A stretch of 64,000 nucleotides of DNA. Origin: Octopus vulgaris (taxonomy: Eukaryota). The notes beneath the pieces are model-generated. The model was not told the DNA's origin and searched no databases. It saw only the letters and a program-made list of their open reading frames with translations. A program made the translations under genes and the position numbers. Positions 11,974-24,865 of this stretch are shown here, piece after piece (position 1 is the stretch's first letter; each line of letters begins with the position of its first letter). The stretch covers positions 13,082,001 to 13,146,000 of the forward strand of contig OX597836.1 in the NCBI GenBank assembly GCA_951406725.2. The letters run 5' to 3'.

Positions 11974-13947
11974 CCTGACCCGGGCACAAAAAACACTTAA
12001 ATATCTAAAAACCGTTTAAGATGAACACATGCACACACACACACACACACATTTTCGTCTCTTTTGGGTAATAATAAAACAACACACACACACATTTTAT
12101 GAATGACTTGACACTTTAGTATAAAGAAGACGCATGCGCAAACGAGTGTTATAGCTACTACTATTTACTACAACTGAACTGCTACAGTGTTGAGTCGCGT
12201 GTTTTTGGGTCTCCTAAAACTGGTAAGTTTTGAGGTTTTTCATTTATTTTTATTTTTTTTACATCCACAATGATACGAGTTTATAGCATCCACATTCTGA
12301 TAAATTTCCTGAAAATATTTTACAGGCACTTAGCTGTTATTTCTAGCGATTGTGTAAGCTTGACGTGCAACACTTGGTCGAAAGCACATTAAACGAAATC
12401 GTGTATAATTTGTAGTGGTCTTGTAACAAAGATCGCCTTCGTTACAAGATCACTACAAATCACACGCGATTTCGTTCTGAAAAAGTCACCACCCGTTAGA
12501 TTTCAGTTTTCTTTTTTCTTTTCAATTCTAATGTACTCAGCCTACGCAAACTCACCTACCTACCTACCTACCTATATTTCTCTCAATCCGACTCCATTGT
12601 CTTGGAATCTCACCCCTCCCCCAAAACAATGTTTTCTTATGGAAAACTCCCCCACCCCAAATCAATGTTATCTTTCTGGAAAAAACCCCGCCAAATCATC
12701 TGAGTTGAAATGAAAGTTAGTATAAAGAAGACGCATGCGCAAACGAGTGAGTGGCGGGTTTTTGAACAAGTGTTGAGTCGCGTGTTTTTGGGTCTCCTAA
12801 AACTGGTAAGTTTTGAGGTTTTTTATTTATTTATATTTTTTTACATCCACAATGAAACGAGTTTATAGCATCCACATTCTGATAAATTTCCTGAAAATGG
12901 CAAAAACTAAATAAGTTACGAGATAATGTGCAGTACGTATATCGAAATTTCGCCAGAGACCGGGTCGATAAGCTGAAGGAAAATATTTTACAGGCATTTA
13001 GCTGTTATTTCTAGCGATTGTGTAAGCTGAGCAGATTGGAATTGAAAAGAGAAAAGAAAGAAAACTGAAATCTAACGGGTGGGGGGTGACTGTTTCAGAA
13101 CAAAAACAAAACAAAAAAAAGTGTGGTTAAGTTGAAGGAAAATATTTTACAGGCATTTAGCTGTTATTTCTAGCGATTGTGTAAGCTTGACGTGCAACAC
13201 TTGGTCGAAGCACATTAGGCGAAATCGCGTGATTTGTAGTGGTCTTGTAACGAAAGATCGCCCCAGGCATTTAGCTGTTATTTCTAGCGATTGTGTAAGC
13301 TTGACGTGCAACACTTGGTCGAAGCACATTAGGCGAAATCGCGTGATTTGTAGTGGTCTTGTAACGAAAGATCGCCCCAGGCATTTAGCTGTTATTTCTA
13401 GCGATTGTGTAAGCTTGACGTGCAACACTTGGTCGAAGCACATTAGGCGAAATCGCGTGCTTTGTAGTTATCTTGTAACGAAAGATCGCCACCGGTGGTC
13501 GACATGTAGATGCGAGAGACGGGGTCAGACCGGGTCAAAAATCAACCACGTGTTTATTTCGACGCCTTTTCTCTGATTTGTTGCCCGGGTCAGACGCTTT
13601 CGGAAATTCACAATTCGTTTAGAGGAAGTTGTTTTACACGTATTACACTATTTTTTTTGTGTTTGTTTTTATGACCGGTTCCTATCTGCCCAGCTTACGC
13701 AATCGCTAGAAATAACAGCTGGAACTTGATTTTTACTAAACTTAACGACGCTTTCTTTCTCCACTGAAAAAAGGTTTTCTTTCCCCGTGAAGTAACAATT
13801 TTTTCTGTCTGTCTTCTCTTTTCGGTTTGAACGGCAGTTTTTAACATAATTTCTAGGTAAGTAAACACTTTTAAACTTCGTATACTGGTAGAATGTGTTT
13901 ATAAAACATCTTTTTCTCTTGGCTTTATTGAGAAAATTCTATAGTTT

Positions 13948-14144
13948 ACTCTTTTACTCTTTTACTTGTTTCAGTCATTTTGACTGCGGCCATGCTGGAG
14001 CACCGCCTTTCGTCGAACAAATCGACCCCGGGACTTATTCTTTGTAAGCCCAGTACTTATTCTATCGGTCTCTTTTGCCGAACCGCTAAGAGACGGGGAC
14101 GTAAACACACCAGCATCGGTTGTCAAGCAATGCTAGGGGGACAA

Positions 14145-14175
<31 letters not shown>

Positions 14176-14346
14176 CATATATACGACAGGCTTCTTTCAG
14201 TTTCCGTCTACCAAATCCACTCACAAGGCATTGGTCGGCCCGGGGCTATAGCAAAAGACACTTGCCCAAGATGCCACGCAGTGGGACTGAACCCGTAACC
14301 ATGTGGTTGGTTAGCAAGCTACTTACCACACAGCCACTCCTGCGCC
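13948..14346 (-). mobile_element. Same SINE family on the minus strand (also ~2560-2901, 22511-22852, 27508-27900, 28290-28672, 52665-53003, 53240-53465, 57300-57700)
   Basis: Reverse complement of 19375-19795; TSD-like TAGTTT on both sides. Confidence 0.9.
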
Positions 14347-14803
14347 TAGTTTGTAAGATATTTGTTGTTGTTTTTTTCTTCAATTTCTGCAATTTCAACC
14401 AATCAATGACGTCTATTGAGGTAACCAACATTCTGTGCCGTATGAATATGTCCCTCGTTTAAAAAACAGATTGGGTTTATTTAATTTGTTATAATTAAGA
14501 AAAAAAGATACCCTCCCCCCCTAACCCTAAAACAGATTGCTATATATATATTGGCCTGAACGTTAGTCGCCCAGTCTAATAATTGATTCAACTATTTCCC
14601 AGAGGCTTGGCCTCCAAATCTGATTGCAACTTTCAGAAACAGGGACAACTGAAGAAGGGTAATATTCTTTACTTTGCATTACTCGTTTATCTTTTAGTTT
14701 TTTTTCGTTGTTTGAAAAAAAGTTTGTTTCTATGTTTTTGTTTTTATGTTTACGTTTCTCATTGTGTTCAACGTTTTTTTTTATGTCCTGTACCCATATA
14801 TGC

Positions 14804-14887
<84 letters not shown>

Positions 14888-15729
14888 CCGTAAATCCACG
14901 TGTATAGTCCGCCCTTGAGTATAATGCGTGGGGGATTTTTAGGGGGCTGTACCTCTCAAAAACCTAAACCTCGTGTATAATACGCACCCCTTCGCTAACT
15001 TGAGTGAAGGAGGTCTATATAACGTGCTTGGTTTGTAAAACTGTATACGGTGAAAACGGTTATTATTATTGTATATATAACATAATGCAAACGTGTATAC
15101 GCTGGGATTTTTAGGGGGCTGTACCTCTGAAAAACCTAAACCTTGTGTATAATACGCACCCCTTCGCTAACTTGAGTGAAGGAGGTCTATATAACGTGCT
15201 TGGTTTGTAAAACTGTATACGGTGAAAACCGCTATTATTATTGTGTATATAACATAATGCAAACGTGTATACGCTGGGATTTTTAGGGGGCTGTACCTCT
15301 GAAAAACCTAAACCTTGTGTATAATACGCACCCCTTCTCTCATTTAAGTGAAGGAGGTCTATATAACGTGCTTGGTTTGTAAAACTGTATACGGTGAAAA
15401 CCGTTATTATTATTGTATATATAACATAATGCAAACGTGTGGCTTTTTTGTGCATTTTGTTTGCAGAAAATAAAGAAATAACAGTAATAACGTTTAATAA
15501 ATGTTGCTTACTGCAAGTTATGGATGATTCTTTTATAACTTCATTGCTTTCAGGCTTAGCTTAAGGTATCTTCGCGCCCGACATCACAAAATGCATCTGA
15601 ATAAACATTGCTGGACAGCAAATAGAGACTCGGACATTGCTTAGAAAATAATTTTCATTTTTAACCTCGTATATAGCACGCACTAGGGATTTTGGGGTGA
15701 AAATGCGGATTATACTCGAGGATTTATGG
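14888..15729. mobile_element. Tc1/mariner (pogo/Tc2-like) MITE with an internal ~173-bp unit amplified about 3x
   Basis: TA-flanked TIRs CCGTAAATCC.CG.GTATA.TCCGC; a copy with one internal unit lies at 59383-59894. Confidence 0.8.
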
Positions 15730-16119
15730 TATGCATATATTTATATATTACTTATATAATATATAAATATGTATGTATGCGTGTGTGTATGTGTGTGTGT
15801 GTATGTATGTGTGTGTATGTGTGTGTGTATGTATGTGTCTCTGTGTGTGTGTGTATGTGTGTGTGTGTGTGTGTGTGCGTTTGTGTGTGTGTCTGTATGT
15901 GTGTGTGTGTGTGTGTATGTGTGTGTATATATGTATGTATGTATGTACAAATACAATAGTCCTTCCATCATGACATCAAGAGTGTCAATGCGTAGGATTA
16001 TCAAGGTGTGTTCTTATATGTATACTTATGACTCATGTGGATGTTAAGGATTTCAATTGATTACGTCTAAGTGAATTTCATCCGGTAGATAACAGGAGTT
16101 TGCCCAAGAAAATCTTGTC

Positions 16120-16471
16120 TATGTGTGTGCGTGTGTGTGTATGTCTGTGTGTGTGTGTTTGTCTCTGTGTTTGTGTCTGTGTGTTTGTGTGTATGTGTGT
16201 GTGTATGTATCTGTGTGTGTGTGTGTGTGTGTGTGTGCGTTTGTGTGTGTCTGTGTGTGTGTGTGTATGTCTCTGTGTGTGTGTTTGTGTGTGTGTGTTT
16301 GTCTGTGTGTGTTTGTGTGTATGTGTGTTTGTGTCTGTGTGTGTGTTTGTCTGTGTGTATGTGCCTGTGTGTGTGTGTCTATGTGTGTGTCTGTGTGTGT
16401 GTATGTCTGTGTTTGTGTATGTGCGTGTGTGTATGTGTCTGTGTGTGTTTGTGTGTCTGTGTGTGTGTGTA

Positions 16472-16510
<39 letters not shown>

Positions 16511-16546
16511 CTGTGTGTCTGTCTGTGTGTGTGTGTGTGTATGTGT

Positions 16547-16583
<37 letters not shown>

Positions 16584-16586
16584 TGT
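16120..16586. repeat. Degenerate (TG)n microsatellite (also 15770-15945)
   Basis: Direct reading. Confidence 0.95.
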
Positions 16587-16948
16587 CTCCTACAGAATGC
16601 TCCGTGGTAGGAGGCAAGAGATTTAGAAAACAAAAGAGGGAATGAAAGCGGGGAGTAGAAGGAGGAAACTAATTTCTTCACCTCAAGTTTTTAATCATAT
16701 TCTCCTCAGATTTTCAAGAAACCAGTTGCACGAATCCCGCAATTAAACTTCAGCGTAAACCAAGTCGTGTTGTGGTTTTGAATCCTAAAATTGGTGAGTC
16801 TTCTTTTCTACTTTTTCTTTCTTTATAGAAAACACATATGACCTAAAACGCGTTTTTTAACCCCCCTCCACCATATATATATATATGTGTGTGTGCCTCT
16901 ATATAAATGTATATGTATTGAAATTTTTTCTGATTTTTCAGTTTTTTT

Positions 16949-17270
16949 GGCAATCTTTTGTCTCTAGTAGACCTTTCTTTCGATTTCCGTCAAAAAACTT
17001 TTTTTTTTTTACATATGGGCTTGCGGAAACTTTTGAAGTAATGAGAGCGAAAGAGACTAAGAGAAAGCGATTGTATGACGAGGGGAGTTCTTTTGAAGTT
17101 ACCGTGCATGGGAGCATTGATGTACACATGTGTGTGTGTGTGAAGAGACAGAGAGAGTAATGTGTCTCTTTCGCTCTCATTACTTCAAAAGTTCCCGCAA
17201 GCCCATATGTAAAAAAAACAACATTTTTTACGGAAATCGACGGAAAGGTCTACTAGAGACGAAAGATCGC
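16949..17270. repeat. Foldback/MITE-like inverted repeat, ~110-bp arms
   Basis: gtctctagtagacctttc...gagagcgaaagagac versus gtctctttcgctctc...gaaaggtctactagagac. Confidence 0.8.
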
Positions 17271-17430
17271 CGATTTTTTATATGCTAGGCTCCTGGTTTT
17301 AAATTGATATTCAATTTATCTCCCTCATTATTTAAATGTATATGTGTGTATATATACAACCTTCAACAATGTAACAGTCGTGTATACAACTTGAACTGAC
17401 ACATATCAGTACATAAACATAGGTTCACAT

Positions 17431-17782
17431 GGTAGGCGTAGCGTAGGCGGTAGCATTCGCGTTGCCCCCGCGCAGGCCGCTGCCGTCACCGGTGGCGGTG
17501 CGCGGTGCTCTTTCGACCGTCGTCGTTTCTGCGGCGGCGGTCTCGTCGGTGCGCTCGCGTCGCGCCGTCGGCTGGCCGGCCGGCCGGTTTGACGTCGGGG
17601 TGTCGCGCGCGTTTGCGACGATGAAAAACCGCCACTTCCGTAAGTTTCCTCGCTCACTCGATGGAGAAGGGATCGGGCCGTCGCCGAGCGGTGGTTCATT
17701 ATCTGGTGCGAAGCGCGCGGTGCATGTCGAGCGCCTTTAGCGGGCGCCGACGCAGCCGATGCGCGACCCTTAGTCGAGAACA
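17431..17782. other. Very GC/CpG-rich inserted fragment of unknown origin
   Basis: Abrupt composition shift; splits a repeat that is contiguous at 3087-3240. Confidence 0.75.
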
Positions 17783-18579
17783 GTGCCGTTCAAACCGGAA
17801 AGATCTGAGAAAGCTAATGGCTTGTGCGTGCGTGCTTGTTTCTGTGTGTGTGTGTGTGTGTTGTTTTTTTTTTGTTTATATATTTATATGTTGTTGAATG
17901 TAGAAATAACACACATACATGTACACACACACAGACACGCCTACACACTCTCCTAAATACTCACATACATACGTAAGCACATAAGTACATACATACATAC
18001 ATACATACATACATACATACATACATACATACATGCATACGCACGTACATGTACACACATACATACGTAAGCACATAAGGCTGATGAAATTACTCTAAAA
18101 TTGCGATCTTTCGTCTCTAGTAGACCTTTCCTCCATGTTATTTCTTTATTAAAAGAAATAACATGGTCTCTAGTAGACCTTTCCTCCATGTTATTTCTTT
18201 ATTAAAAGAAATAACATGGAGGAAAGGTCTACTAGAACTTTTCAAAATTTTCGCTGCGTTAGTTTTGAATTATGACATTGGGCTATGTGTGTGTCAAGTT
18301 TCATCAGAATCGGTTGAAAGCCGTGGTCAGGGTGAGGGTACAAGCAAACAGACACACAGAAACACGCACAGACAAACTGCCGTTTATATATAGAGAGATA
18401 AACTAAATGACTCGAAATAATGCAAACAATGAATTTGGTGAATTCCCTGTCGACATGTTGTCTTGTTGAGAAGAGAAAGCTAATGGGTTGTGCGTACGTG
18501 CTTGTTTCTCTGTGTGTGTGTGTGTGTGTGTGTTGTTTTTCTGTTTTTTTTTAAATTTTATTTATGTTGTGGAATGTAG

Positions 18580-19002
18580 GGATCTTTTCGGTTTGACCGG
18601 CAGTTTTTAAAAATAATTTCCACGTAACTAAACACTTTTAAACTTCGTATACTGATAGAATGTGTTTATAAAACATCTTTTTCTCTTGGCTTTATTGAGA
18701 AAATCCTATGGTTTCTAAGATATTTGTTGTTGTTTTTTTTCTTCAATTTCTGCAATTTCAACTAATCAATGACGTCTATTGAGGTGAAAACATTCTGTGC
18801 CGTATGAATATGTCCCTCGTTTAAGAAACAGATTGGGTTTATTTCCATTTGTGAAGAAAAAAGATACCCTTCCCCCCACCCCTAACCCTAACTAACCCTA
18901 AAACAGAGTGAAATGCAATAGATCGATACTAGGGTCATAATTATGAGTGACAATTTCATATGACACCGCTAGAAAAAACTGCCGTTCAAACCGAAAATAT
19001 CC
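18580..19002. mobile_element. MITE with GATCTTTTCGGTTTGA TIRs and internal CCCTAA motifs (other copy 53473-53891; host of the SINE in the 617-bp array)
   Basis: gatcttttcggtttgaccggcagttttt ... aaaaactgccgttcaaaccgaaaatatc. Confidence 0.8.
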
Positions 19003-19029
19003 GGGATGCTAATGGCTTGTGCGTGCTTG

Positions 19030-19062
<33 letters not shown>

Positions 19063-19191
19063 TGTTTTGTTTATTTATTTATATGTTGTTGAATGTAGAA
19101 ATAACACACAGAGGAGCAAAGGAGCACACACACACACAAACACATACACACACACACATACACACACACATATACACACGCACACACACAT

Positions 19192-19226
<35 letters not shown>

Positions 19227-19374
19227 CACACACAGAGGAACAAGCACGCACGCACAATTCATCAGCTTCTCGACAATATAGGACGGTCAGGGAAATCCCC
19301 GAATTCAACGTTACAACGTCAAAACCGAAAGTTAACCAAAGATTAATATATACAAATAATAAAAAATAATACAT

Positions 19375-19795
19375 GGCGCAGGAGTGGCTGTGTGGTAAGT
19401 AGCTTGCTAAACAACCACATGGTTCCGGGTTCAGTCCCACTGCGTGGCATCTTGGGCAAGTGTCTTCTGCTATAGCCCCGGGCCGACCAATGCCTTGTGA
19501 GTGGATTTGGTAGACGGAAACTGAAAGAAGCCTGTTGTATATATGTGTATATATATATATGTATATATGTATGTGTATGTATGTTTGTGTGTCTGTGTTT
19601 GTCCCCCTAGCTTTGCTTGACAACCGATGCTGGTGTGTTTACGTCCCCGTCACTTAGCGGTTCGGCAAAAGAGACCGATAGAATAAGTACTGGGCTTACA
19701 AAAGAATAAGTCCCGGGGTCGATTTCCTCGACTAAAGGCGGTGCTCCAGCATGGCCGCAGTCAAATGACTGAAACAAGTAAAAGAGTAAAGTAAA
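19375..19795 (+). mobile_element. tRNA-derived SINE, dominant family of the window (other + copies ~32094-32480, 39425-39815, 45666-45908, 48823-49225, 55721-56118, 56255-57078 split, 57894-58096)
   Basis: A-box-like TGGCTGTGTGG, B-box-like GGTTCAGTCC, internal TA/TG microsatellite, (GTAAAAGA)n tail. Confidence 0.9.
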
Positions 19796-20049
19796 TAAAA
19801 CACAAAGTAAGGATCGACTAGTCACGACTAGCTAGCGCGGCTACGCGAGTACTGTATTTTTGTGTTATACTCTCTCTTTCTCTCTTTTACTTGTTTCAGT
19901 CATTTGACTGTGGCCATGCTGGAGCACCACCATTTCAGTCGAGCAAATCAACCCCAGGACTTATTCTTTGTAAGCCTAGTACTTATTCTATCGATCTCTC
20001 TTTTGCTGAACCGCTAAGTTACATGGACGTAAGCACACCAGCATCGGTT

Positions 20050-20238
20050 GGTTGTCAAGCGATGTTGGGGGGACAAACACAGACACACAAACATATACAC
20101 ACACATACATAGTGGATCTTTTCTTTTTGAAGGCCAGATTTTCCTAGTTAACTAAAAAATTTGAAACTTCGTATACTGGTAGAATGTGTCAAAAGAAAAC
20201 ATTATCTATCTATCTATCTATCATCCATCATCTATCTC

Positions 20239-20324
<86 letters not shown>

Positions 20325-21172
20325 AACCTATCTGCCTATCTACCTACCTATATTTCTCTCTATCCGTCTCCATTGTCTTGGAATCTCACCCCGCCCCCAA
20401 AACAATGTTCTCTTCTGGACAAAACCCCGCAAAATCATCTGATTTATATAAATAAACAAGCTGTTTGTACATTCACAGAATTGTATTTGACAAATACTAG
20501 AGAGGAACGAAAGCGCTAATAATAATGAAGAAATAAAAAGATTTTTTCCCCTCAATATTCAATTCCGTACATATCACACCTAACACTATATATATATATA
20601 TATATATATAAGATAAGAAAATGGAGAAATACATCAAAATCAAATATCAATTACCAGATAATACTCAATCACATACTTTATTAAACCACCACATAAGAGA
20701 CTGTAGGGTTAAATATAAAAAGCAGAACAAATCAAAAGTATGTCATTGAGTATTATCTGGTAATTGATATTTGATTTAGATGTATTTCTCCATTTTCTTA
20801 TCTTGTATTAGTAATTTGTGGTAAATCATTTTACCTTTGCCCATATAATACAGTAAATGAATTAATTGCATCGCAATCATTAACATTTATGTATTAACTT
20901 TGTTGGGTACTTCACTAGCAGTATATTGGATATACGTTATCCCATAGACAACCCCTATCTCAGATCGCCATGTTGATTCGTTAGCTACTGCACGCATTTT
21001 TTTCTCTCCTTCTTTCTGTGTTTTTTTTCTCTGTGTATCTTTCTGTTGAAGAGTGTAGGCTCGAAACGTTAAAGACTTGTTTTATCTATATTTCCTGAGC
21101 GCCATACTAATACAATTGTTCGTTTGTTTTCCACCTGCCTTCGTCTTTTGTCTATTTTCATAAAGCTTCCCG

Positions 21173-21220
<48 letters not shown>

Positions 21221-21684
21221 CGTTTCTTCTATTATTCAATTTCTTTAGTTCATTGTGAAAAGATACTTTTGCTATGCTTGTCAAGTAATGACCTCTGTCA
21301 CTCAGTCTGATAATCTTCCCAGCGGTATTTTCAGAGGCTTGGCCTCCGAATCTTGTGAGCTTCACAAATACTGTTGCCAGGAGCGGGTTAAGACTCGCAG
21401 ACGAACTCAGCACTAAAAAGATTACCGTGCCCACCACATACGAGGTAGTCGTTAGCAATTTTTTTCCCTCTGTCTTCCCTTCTCTGGATCTTTCCTTCTC
21501 CTATGTTTCCGACGAAGAGCTCCGCTCGAAACGTTTAAGCCCCCCTTCTTTCCTGACGTTTCACGTCCTCGCGTTGTTGTGTTTTTTGGTGCTTTCTTGT
21601 TTGGATTAACTTTATATATATATATATTATATATATATATATAAAGTTAATCCAAACAAGAAAGCACCAAAAAACACAACAACG

Positions 21685-21728
<44 letters not shown>

Positions 21729-23815
21729 GGTTTGGAGATGATGTACAGGTATTTTATATTAGAAGAAATGAGGTACTCAGGTATTTTATATTCGGATGGT
21801 TTTATATTTACAGATATTTATTTGTATATTACATGTTTTTATACATCATATAACTTATATCATATATTAGCGCTTTCTCCCATTCTAGTGGGCTTTGATT
21901 TGAAAACCCCACTAGAATGGGAGAAAGCGCTAATACATGATCTAAGTTATATGATGTATAAAAACATGTAATATACAAATAAATATCTGTAAATATAAAA
22001 CCATCCGGATTTCTGAGTACCTCATTTCTTCTAATATATATATATAAAGATATAAATGAATAGAAATAGTTAGTGAGAGTGGTATGATATTTAAGAATGT
22101 GGATGTATATGAACTAGGGCTCTTCCTGGCCCTGACGTGTACCAATGAATACCTATCGCGCAATAACCTTCTATATGCTTGTCCCACCCGTAACAAACGA
22201 GGTAGACCACCTACCATTACCTCAGCATACAGGAAGACTCACTGTGAACGCTGGCAGGGATGGACGAAGCCGGACTACCCACCTTCAAGTGCACACGACA
22301 TTAGAACCACCATCGCACATGCTATCGGTGTCAGCCTGAGAATGACGCTTAAAACACATATGTTAAAGTTTGGCAACAAACTGTATAAGCAGACGAAAGG
22401 CTGTATACTGTATCGTATTACGTATGTATGTGTGTGTGGGTGTGCGTATGTATGTTTATGCGTGTGTGTAATAGGACATATGTATGTAGAAGTGGATAAG
22501 AATACATATACTCTTTACTCTTTTACTTGTTTCAATCATTTGACTGCGGCCATGCTGGAGCACCGCCTTTAGTCGAGCAAATCGACCCCGGGACTTATTC
22601 TTTTGTAAGCCCAGTACTTATTCTATCAGTCTCTAAGTGACGGGGACGTAAACACACCAGCATGCTAGGGGGACAAACACAGATACACAAACACACACAC
22701 ACATACATATATACATATATACGACAGGCTTCTTTCAGTTTCCGTCTACCAAATCCACTCACAAGGCATTGGTCGGCCCGGGGCTATAGCATAAGACACT
22801 TGCCCATGTGGTTGTTTAGCAAGCTACTTACCACACAGCCACTCCTGCGCCTATGAGCATTTTAAGATTATATTGTATATTTATGGGTGTGTCTATATGA
22901 TTGTGTGTACTTGCATATACGTATATGGTTCTATGTGCACAGTTGCACCTAAACGTTGTATCCATTCACAGTTCGACGATGAAGAGAGGAACAAACACAC
23001 ACCCACACATATATATATGTGTGCGTCTATACAAACATATATGTGTGTATACATACAACCTTCAACAAAGTAACAGTCATGTACACAACTTGGACGGACA
23101 CATACCAGTACACGGACATACGTTCACATACACATGTACACACACACACAGACGCGTCTGCCCATTCTCCTAGATACTCACATACATACGTAGCACATGA
23201 GTACAAACATACATACATACCTACGTATGGGCATACACACGTACATACGCATGTACATGTACGCACACACATACATGGGCACATGCATACGTGCGCGTAC
23301 ACATACATACACACATGCGCACGTACGTGCATGCATACATACATACATACATACATACATACATACATACATACATACATACATACATACGTATACATAT
23401 TTAACCTGAACTAACTAGATGTAAGGGCGGAGAAAAAAATAGTTATAGTAAAACAAAAGTTTTGTGATATAGAGATAAATGTCTGATAATAGGTTTTAGA
23501 TTTTTTTTTGGGGGGGTGAAGGTCGTAATTCACTTCATAGTTTCGGCGGGGGAGGTTGAAATTTGATATTATTGTGATGAGTGGTCAGTCTACATCTATC
23601 CATCACTACAGGTTTATAGCTTTATGTTTATAGTGTGTATGTTAATTTACGCCGTTTCTTTACGTACCACCACGCTGTTAGGTTTATAAAACAATTGAAG
23701 TTCAGTTTAAAGTTTATAAATAAATATATTCTTGCAGTGTGTGTATATGTGGCTATATGTCTGACTAATGTGTGTGTGTCTGTATTTATTGTATGTGTGT
23801 ATAAGATGTCTAAAC

Positions 23816-23877
<62 letters not shown>

Positions 23878-24134
23878 AATGAAGAAAATGCTGACAAAAT
23901 AATTTAAGTAAAGGAGAGTGTATTTAATTAGGTGAAAGTTCTTTTTACCGGTTGCGCATTTGTTATGCTTATTAAAAGATATTTTTTAAAGAGAGATAGA
24001 GTTCCTTTCTGATAGATTTTTTTCTCTTATCAGCACCTAATTAAATACACTTTCCCTTACTTAAATTATTTTGTCAGCATTTTCTTCATTTCCTTTTTTT
24101 ATATATCACAACTCGTGTTCCACATCTCCTTTTT

Positions 24135-24229
<95 letters not shown>

Positions 24230-24831
24230 GTGTATACATATATATATATACATGTGTATATATACACATGTGTATATATATATATATATATATATGTATA
24301 CACATGTATATATATATATATATATACATGTATAGACACATCTTTAATTAAACTATTGACCGCCTTAAAACGGATTTCAACAGACAAATATTACTATAAT
24401 GGATAATATAAGCATATAACTACTTATATACACATACAATAAATACAGACACACACACATTAGTCAGACATATAGCCACATATACACACACTGCAAGAAT
24501 ATATATTTATTAATAAAGTTTAAACAGCATGACAGTGCCGATAAGGCGTAAGTTAACGAAGATATAAACCTGACGTAAATACACGAAGTTGACGACTTTC
24601 AGTTCTAACAGACGGTATTGCTACTGTCATAAAAACAAACCGGTCATAAAAACAAACAAAAAATAGTGTAATAGGCGTAAAACAAATTCCTCTAAACGAA
24701 TATGACTCAAAAAATGCGCGCTCGCGAAAGGGGGATGGAGGAGAGGACTCGGAAAATTTACATCGGGAATGTTACGTGTCTGACCCGGGCACAAAAAACA
24801 CTTAAATATCTATAAACCGTTTATGATGAAT

Positions 24832-24865
<34 letters not shown>

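Larger units (their letters stand above)
1..14540. repeat. Segmental duplication copy A (matches ~20050-28095), with internal expansions
   Basis: 1-3880 matches 20051-23870; 4220-7545 matches ~24630-27965; 14412-14540 matches 27966-28095; ORF track entries recur at a ~20 kb offset. Confidence 0.92.

Noticed and set aside
15726-16681. Long Cys/Val- and His/Thr-rich ORFs (also 54957-55625, 57472-57919, 61741-62193)
   Set aside because: Translations of TG/CA/TA/TCTA microsatellites.
17406-17897. ORFs in the GC-rich insert, or an rRNA gene
   Set aside because: Open frames are expected at this GC content; no protein motif and no conserved 18S, 5.8S or 28S segment recognised.
18880-18902. CCCTAA repeats as interstitial telomere (also 14520, 28077, 51653, 53575)
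   Set aside because: Only 2-3 units, always inside MITE bodies.
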